DNA of 64,000 nt from Felis catus (lineage: Eukaryota): NCBI RefSeq assembly GCF_018350175.1, contig NC_058368.1:197844001-197908000 (forward strand), in the 5' to 3' direction. Below the pieces are notes generated by a model. The model made no database searches. It had not been told where the DNA came from and was given only the letters and a program-made list of their open reading frames with translations. Below are positions 55,956 to 64,000 of this stretch, piece by piece. How positions within the stretch are numbered: position 1 is the stretch's first letter; each line of letters begins with the position of its first letter. The translations under genes and the position numbers were made by a program.

Positions 55956-57057
55956 AAAGAGAATAAAATCAAACCTTATTTTACACACTTACACACACGC
56001 ACGTGCGCACACACGCGGGCGCACACACACACACACACACACACTACAGCTAACTTACAGCCTCCAAAACTCAGATATAAGTAGGATAATTTTCAGAAAT
56101 GACAGGACTCCACATTTTATAAACAATGAAAAATACTCAATTTGTTTTCTGAATCAAGTTACACACTAAAGAATTTTTGCCTCAAATCACTGATTGTTAT
56201 CCAAAGTATATGCCTAAGTAAATATTACAATCCCTTTAAATACACATAGATCAGTGATCACATGAAGATTACATCATATTTGCCCTCAGGAAAAAAAAAT
56301 GTATTAGAAGAGATGTGACACTTGATTCCATTTCTTCCATTTGAATAGTCTTTTCAAACTGCAAAATGTTATCTGATTCATTCTCAACTTAAAATATGGT
56401 CCAATTCTTTTATATGTCCTGCCATTATTCAACAAATATCTAACACATATTCCTAGAAACAATTTTACCTATGCTTTCTTCCAGGATTTTAACAATGTTA
56501 TTATTTAACTCACTGATGCCTTTAGGATTTGTTGTCAGATAAGGGAGAGAAGAACATACTTTCATTACTTTCTCCAAATGGTTTTTGGGTTATGACATCA
56601 TCACTGAAGAATCGACTCAGCTCTTCCTCACTGATATGAATACCAAGTTTATCATAAACTAGATCCGAATATATATTTGAATCCATATATATACCTATAT
56701 ATATAATATATATACATATATATATTACCCAACTATCTGTGATTTATTTCTCCAGTATCAAATCTTCAATTATTGTATATTTTAGATTACATATGTACAT
56801 ATCGCAGGGTTAGGCTCTTTTTCTGAAAAAACTTCAGACATCTTTCTGCCAAATGAACTTTAGCATCCTTCTGTTACATTATAAAAATTCTGTTATTCTG
56901 GGTTACCTATTCCCAGACACAAGTGAACTGACAAAACTACAGTGTCACACAACAATCTGTGGAAGATAAAGAATAATACAAATTCATGTCAGAAAAGAAA
57001 AATAAGGTACCTGTGGTTCCCTACAGTAGTTCTGCTATCATTATTTTAAAACTTCTC

Positions 57058-57294
57058 GGGGTGCCTGGGTGGCTCAGTCGGTTGAGCAGCCGACTTCAGC
57101 TCAAGTCATGATCTCACAGTTCGTGGGTTTGAGCCCTGCGTCGGGCTCTGTGCTGACAGCTCAGAGCCTGGAGCCTGCTTCCATTCTGTGTCTCCCTCTC
57201 TCTCCGCCCCTCCCTTTCTCTCTGCCCCTCCCCTCCCCTGCTTGCACTCGGTCTCTCTCAAAAATAAACCTTAAAAAATTAAAAAAAAAAAAAA
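57058..57294 (+). mobile_element. CAN-SINE (SINEC)
   Basis: ggggtgcctgggtggctcagtcggtt head and A-tail. Short TSD aaaacttct. Confidence 0.95.
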
Positions 57295-58117
57295 CTTCTT
57301 AATCGGCAAATATTCAGTAATTTTTAAAAATTCAAAACATTTCTAAGAACTCCATGTATGGAAACTTCCTGAAGGTAAATAAAACAATGGAAAAGCCAAA
57401 TGCTTGGAAAACTCCATTGCAATTTTCAAGGAAAAAAACTGGAAGCAATCCAGATGTCAGACCACAAGGGAGAAGTTAATTATCATGTCATAGTCAATGA
57501 CGAAGATGCTAATTAGGAAGACCCCGTCGCAATATGAAAAAAGGCAGAACACAACATAACCCCTAATGCTCACTAAGCGCTTATGCTATGCAGTGTGCTG
57601 AGTGCTTTAAAAGCATCAGCTCACTGAATGCTTACAGTTAACATCTTTATTGATCGCTGGTCCGAGGCAAGTAAATCAAAGACTCATGATTCACACTCAG
57701 GTCTCCAACTCCAGAGACAAGGTGTATTAGGGTTGTTTATCTGAATGAACAGTGACTGACAGAAGCAAGCAGGGGAAACTGGAATGACAGGTTTTTGTTT
57801 TCACTTCTTTGTTGTTAAAATGCAGTCTGGAAAGTAACATAATCAAAAAATCTGTTTTTGAAAAAAACTTTACCACAAAACAACTTTAATGTGTGCACTG
57901 CATATAGTAACGATGGGTATTATTTCATGAAACTTTTATTTCAATCACTTACATATATGTGCATAATGAAGAAAATGTTTCTCACTGTGGTTTGTAGTCA
58001 AAAAAGTCAGAAACACTGCCTTATGTTGTACACACATGGTACTGTAATAACAAAAGTCAACAAATCAGTCAATAAGAATTCCAAGAAGTCTGGAATGTTA
58101 ACATAGTCTAGAGAATG

Positions 58118-58292
58118 GATGTCCAACAGAACTTATCGCAACAAAAGTTATCTCTATCGTTAATGTCTACGCTGTCCTACACAGTAGCTACGAGACACAT
58201 AGGGCCGATGTAACTGAGGAATTGGAGTTTTAATTTGATTTCATTTAAATTTAAATGCCATATGTAGCTAGTGACTACATAGAGAGTGCAGC
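58118..58292 (+). mobile_element. MER3-like hAT-Charlie DNA transposon (degenerate)
   Basis: tgtccaacagaactt...gctgtcc...actgaggaattgg...atttaaatttaaatgccatatgtagctagtgactac matches the MER3 layout. Confidence 0.65.
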
Positions 58293-58353
58293 TCCAGAAT
58301 TTGCCCCTACTTATACATTCTAGGTGGGTAAAAATCAACCAAACAAAATCTTA

Positions 58354-58572
<219 letters not shown>

Positions 58573-59257
58573 CTAAATAAAGCACACCAAACCCAAACTC
58601 AGAAATTATCCCTATAAAACAGACTTTTGTAAAACCATGCTTACTTGAAAAGAGAAAGATGGGTACCCACAGACCACATTCAAATTAATAAAAACATTAC
58701 ACAAAACCCACAGAACATCTTTTTCTGAAGAGCAGCAGAGAATATAAAAATGCATTATTCAGAACAAGCAAAAATAATTCAAGGAATCAGGATTCTACAT
58801 TCTATTCTGTACTCTGTTCCTTCCTATCTAATTCACTCAGTCTCCCCAAGCATCAATTTCTTCCACTGTAAGCTAAGATCATTAAACTAGGTTAACAAAA
58901 CTCCTTCCAATTACAGAGCTCCCAACCCTAGGACCATCCCTCACACAGAAGGTACAAGAGGACTGTTGGGCTCTAGTCCTGGATCTGCCAAACTACTTCT
59001 ATGAACTTGAGTCACCTTTTAAATTCTTCATCTTCCCCCCTATAAAGTCAGGGGATTAGACTCCACAAGTAGGTTCCAGAACCCTTCATAAATCTGATAA
59101 AAATTACAGACCTTCTGCTCAAAATCTCAACACTGTTTATGTGCAATTTCAGAGAGAGAACAAAACCACCCTTTTCCTCTCCTGTAAACATTAAGGAGCA
59201 AAGGTTAATTCACTTTTGTGTCAAATGTATGTTTCGCTTGTTTTTAAAATAAGCTTT

Positions 59258-59490
59258 GGGGTGTGCCTGGGTGGATCAGTCGGTTAAGCGTCAGACTTCA
59301 GACTTCGGCTCAGGTCATGATCTCAGTTCGTGGGTTCAAGCCCCACATTGGGCTCTGCACTGATGGTGTGGAGCCTGCTTTCGATCTTCTTTCTTCCTCT
59401 CTCTCTCTGCCCCTGCCCCACTTGAGCTCACACACGTGCTCTCTCTCCCTCTCTTTCAAAATAAATAAAAATTTATAAAATAAAAATAAA
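59258..59490 (+). mobile_element. CAN-SINE (SINEC)
   Basis: ggggtgtgcctgggtggatcagtcggttaagcg head with duplicated cagactt. TSD taaaataagcttt / taaaataaacttt. Confidence 0.93.
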
Positions 59491-60140
59491 ATAAACTTTA
59501 GTAAAGGAAGAGAGGGGAGGAGGGAGGAAAAGGAGAGGATGGGGGGGGGGCGGGAGGACAAATTAAAGTCAGATGAGCAAGCACCCAGAGGTTTGTTTTA
59601 TTTTGCTGACCAGGATAAGAGGGAACCATGTGATAATAGTGTCCTTTAAATAGCATTATCAATTATCATTGGTAACATTCTCAAAAATGTCCTGGACTCG
59701 AACTCCAAGAACTCTAGATCACAGCCTAACCTTCGTCATGCCACAGTGATGCACAGAAGTGCAGTTCCAAATCAGCGGATCTCTAGTAACTGCTCCGTTT
59801 TGCGCACCACCTTCTCCTTTTCCCTAATTGTAATCCTTTACTATTAAAACTTGCTAAAGTGGACTGCATGCTTCTATTTTCCTACAAGGTAGACTCATTA
59901 AAAGCTTAACCTTTTCCTGATGACCTGAGCTTATCAATAGGATTCCGTGATGCCTCTCCTCAGGGACTATGCAAGTCTGTGGGGTTCTTGGGGACCCTTT
60001 GCTCTACCAGTAAATGGGAGCAAACTACAAGGCTAAGCGAATCCTCAAGATTTCTTGTGCCTGTGTGTGTTCTGGTCTCTTCCCTCACAGACAGGTCACC
60101 TGTAATTTCTGGCAGTTAGCAGCGTGCTTGCTCCCCTTGC

Positions 60141-60143
<3 letters not shown>

Positions 60144-60195
<52 letters not shown>
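60144..60195. repeat. (AC)26 microsatellite
   Basis: Perfect dinucleotide run read directly. Confidence 0.97.
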
Positions 60196-60198
<3 letters not shown>

Positions 60199-63100
60199 CC
60201 TCTAATCCCTCTCTAATTTGTTGCCTCTTCAGCCATGGCCTAGGAAACGAGAACAACATGTCTTTACAATTGTGTGGATGAGTATCAACAGGCAACTGGC
60301 AGTACAGACCTAAGGGATTCTGCAGAGTAGGAGCATGAGCTGCCATGCTCTCAATTCATGACATCTCTTTTGCTTTCTCAAAAGCTTATTTGTATGTTGA
60401 CCGTCCCATTTTGGCTAACAGACCTCTGGAGACAGAAAAGTTTGTACTAGAACTGCCCACGAAAAAAAGTTATAAATACACTCGTCTGTTTCTATCACTG
60501 CCCAACTTTTCCTATTCACTGCCCCCTCTCCGGCAAAATGAACCTTTCCATCTCACGACAGCGCTGAAACTGCTCCAAGGTTATTTTGATCTCCTCATCA
60601 TGAAATCCCACAGGCTCTCTTCCGTGCTCCCCTCACCTGACCCATCTGTAGTATGGGCCAGTGCTGACCACTGCGTCTACGAAAACTTCTCATCATGTGA
60701 CTACTTCTCCCCAAAGTAATACTCTCTTGATCATCTTTATTCCTGCATGACCACTCCTCAGTCTCCTTTGCCAATTCACCCTAGAATCCTCTTCTCCCAG
60801 GGGCAACTGTATCCATTCTTGGGGCTTCCTCTACTACAAATACACTTAAAACAAACAAACAAACAAACAAAGTATTCTAGTTGCTATCCCTCCTGAGCTC
60901 TAACCTTTACTTCCTCTGCTTATGAGAAACCTTCATCTCAGGATCTTGAACATCCTTCAAAAATATTATGCCCAACCTGAACTCTCTCCACAACTACAAC
61001 CACCCCCCAACCCAAAACATGTTCAGTCACTCACACACACACACACACACCTGCTTTCCCTACTCTAGTTTACCAGATGCTCAAATGAGAAACCTTGAAA
61101 TCAGTCTCAAATACTGCTCTTGCAACCACGCCTGCGGGCCTTCAGGCCTCTATCAATCCTCACCTGGCCGACTGCAATGGCTTCCTCAATGATCTCCTTG
61201 GAGCCTGGAGCAAAGCCTACCACACAGCACGCCCACAGTAAGTAATTTGCTGAATAAATGCTTAACGTATCATACTCCACGTTGAAAGCAGAAGGAGCTT
61301 TTTAAAACATTCTTCTGATTGCATATTAAGTGGAAAAAGCAAGATGTAGGTTATGCAGAAAGTATGCCCTTATTTGCATAAGAGAAAAAGGACAAATATG
61401 CTTGTGTTTGCATGGGACATTTCTGGAAGGTCCCACAACAAAATAATAACAGTGGTTACCCCTGGGGAGAACAGAGGGTTAGGAAAGGAGGAAGAGATTT
61501 TTACTTTCCATATATTCTTCTCCATTATTTGAAAATTTAATTTGTTTTGTATATTATACCTCTTAAACAACAAAAACAAAAACACCCAAATCAGCCTGCA
61601 AGGAATCCTAGTTTGCATAGGATAAAATATTTCCCATCAAGTCTCACAGCACCTTCCCAGTCTTATCTTTCAATCCTTAGCCCTTGTTCCTCGGGACACT
61701 CACTCCAGCCACACCAATGTCCTCAGGGCCCCCAAACATTCATCTTTCATTCCCAATTAGCTATTAACTCTGACTAGCTGTCCTTCCCTCCCCATTTTTT
61801 GCCTAAAACACCACTAACCTGCTTTCAAAATCTAGCTTAAAGGTTAAGTCCTTCGTGAAAACTTCTACTCACCTCCTCTTTTGAGCTCCCTGTGACACTC
61901 AGCATATGCTTCTCCTATAAAAACTTGTGTAGTATTTTCTTGGCCACGGTTCTGCCAAGAAAAGAATCTCAAATCTCCTACTTCTAGGTGAAGACAAGTC
62001 TTTGCTCAAAATAGATCCTCAAATATCTGATGTATGAACATCCATCATTCTTTCCATTATTCCAGAGGCATCCAGTAGCTTCAAGGCTGCTAAGAACCAT
62101 TTCATGGTCCTATGAGCACTCTGTTTGCTATGGCAGCACTCAATGATCTTAGCAACGAGCTTCTAACCCTGACAAAAATGCAGTCCAATTTTAATCCATA
62201 GGATTAAACACAAAAGAAACAGCTATCTGCACCTACAAATGCCTCAAGGAGACTATTAACCAGTTTCAACCAACCCAACCATGGATGAATTTCCCAGCTA
62301 GTATATTTTAGCACACGCTTCACTTTTAAGGATCTGGACAACTCTAACCTTTCATGAACACCTGTTCTTGATTTTCATCCTTTAAGCACAAATCTTTCGT
62401 AGCCTTCCTCCCCCCTTTTTTTTCTCTACCAAATCCACACCACTAGCAATTTATACCCTCTTCTTATGATTCCACCTTTTGCTGTTCCCTATTATTTTGC
62501 AAGCTGTGATTTTGTGGGAATCAGGTTTAGTAGCCTCAGTGCACAACCTGCACTTGAAGTTTTAAACGAAACAGACTGCACCTTAACTTTGAGTTTATAG
62601 AAGTTCACTTGTTTAGAACTCAGAAAAAGTACTCACAGGTATGATTTCATACATTATGCAGAGATCAGGTGCCCAGCAAGCCCACAAAAACCTATTTAAC
62701 TTATAGTATGCGTTAACACTAACTACTGAAGGGCCTAAATTAGCAGCACTAACAACATTTTAGGTGAAATTATGTACATCATTTTCCATATCGTGCCTAG
62801 AGTTGAAGACTTAGTCATGCAGCTACCTACTTGACAGCAGGTGGAGTAGTGACTCCCCTGCCTTAAGCCTCTGGTGGGGGACCCGTGAAGATGAACACTA
62901 GGGTAAAAGATAAGATCTCCATCCTACATCCAGGGGCTTAACAGTCAGGACCCACAGCCAGAGGAAAGCCATCAGTCCTCTCCTCCTCCAAGCAGGTGCC
63001 CCTAGAAATATCCAGGAGATAAAAAGATTCCTCATTAAAGGACTCATTTATTTTGAGTACTATCACCACTCCAACTCTACAGAGGACAACAAAATTATTT

Positions 63101-64000
63101 CAATGAAGGTTGGCCTCATCTTCCATTTCAGTGAAATACTAGCCAGGCTATGCTGAGAGAAACAGAGGCCTGGTATCCCTGTATGAGAAGAAAACACCAT
63201 GCGAGACCAGCAAAATCCAAGTGATGATGCTGTCTCTCTTGTAGGTGCACTCTCTCTTCTTAATAGCTTTTCTTTTAGTGGGATGAAGGATAAAAGCAAG
63301 TGAGAATAGAAAACTAGACTTCCACGTCTTGGGTTTCCTCCTACCCCTATATCCAACATATCGTCATTTGCCATTTGAGAAACTCAACGAGGTAGGAAAG
63401 GTGCAAAGCAGAAGCAGGTTAAACGGAAAAGAGGAAAGGAGGGAAAATCCTATTATCAACAGTAGGTAAAGATGAAGCAATGATGCGGGCCTAGCAGAAG
63501 AGTCACAGAGGGTAAGGGAGAGGGAAGTATAAGTAACAGGTGAGTAACCATATGTGAAGAATATATTTTGCAGCACCAGGTGTTATTTCTAGGGTTAGCA
63601 AGTTCTGGAGGCTCAGGCTTTAAAATGTTATTCTGACACAAGTACAAAATCCCAGAATGTCAAAGCTGAAGGGGCCCTCAGAGACCACCTGGTCATGCAG
63701 TTCTTAACTTTTTGTGGGTCACAAACCCTTCTGGGACTATGGTGAAAGCTGCACATCTTCTCCCCAAGAGGAAAATAAAACATACCCAGACTTGTGCATG
63801 ATGAATTTCATATGCAATCTCGGGGACTTCACAGACACATCAAAGCTCATCCAGAGGTCTTTACCTAAGACTAGCTCCTCAATTTTCAGATGGACAAACA
63901 GAACCAGGGAAGAGAAGTCAGTGGCCCCAGAATATGTATTAAGTGTCAGGATTTCAAGCTGGGATTCGGACTTCCCAGCCTACACCACACCTACATCAAG

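Overview
Mammalian genomic DNA from a felid, most likely domestic cat or a close relative, judged from about 17 carnivore CAN-SINEs including young SINEC_Fc-type copies. The minus strand carries the complete coding region of FBXO38 (F-box only protein 38, MoKA). Its 21 coding exons run from the ATG at 58482 to the TGA at 10949, all with GT-AG junctions. They sum to 3567 nt, or 1188 aa plus stop, matching the long human isoform as I recall it. The non-coding exon 1 and promoter lie beyond the right edge. On the plus strand near the left edge is the terminal exon of the serotonin receptor splice variant 5-HT4(a) (HTR4, 2140-2227, ending in the PDZ ligand -SCF), which is too short for the ORF track. 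The two genes are therefore tail-to-tail. The rest is intronic or intergenic sequence with SINEC, MIR, L1, L2, CR1 and DNA-transposon remnants and microsatellites. I found no new self-contained biological system. The best leads are a candidate stop-containing (poison) cassette exon in FBXO38 intron 15, three near-identical young SINEs in alternating orientation around exons 3-7 and exon 8, a POGK-like transposase fossil in intron 9, and a SINE carrying 54 nt of extra 5' sequence inside its target-site duplication. All comparisons to human proteins and repeat consensuses are from memory, not from searches.
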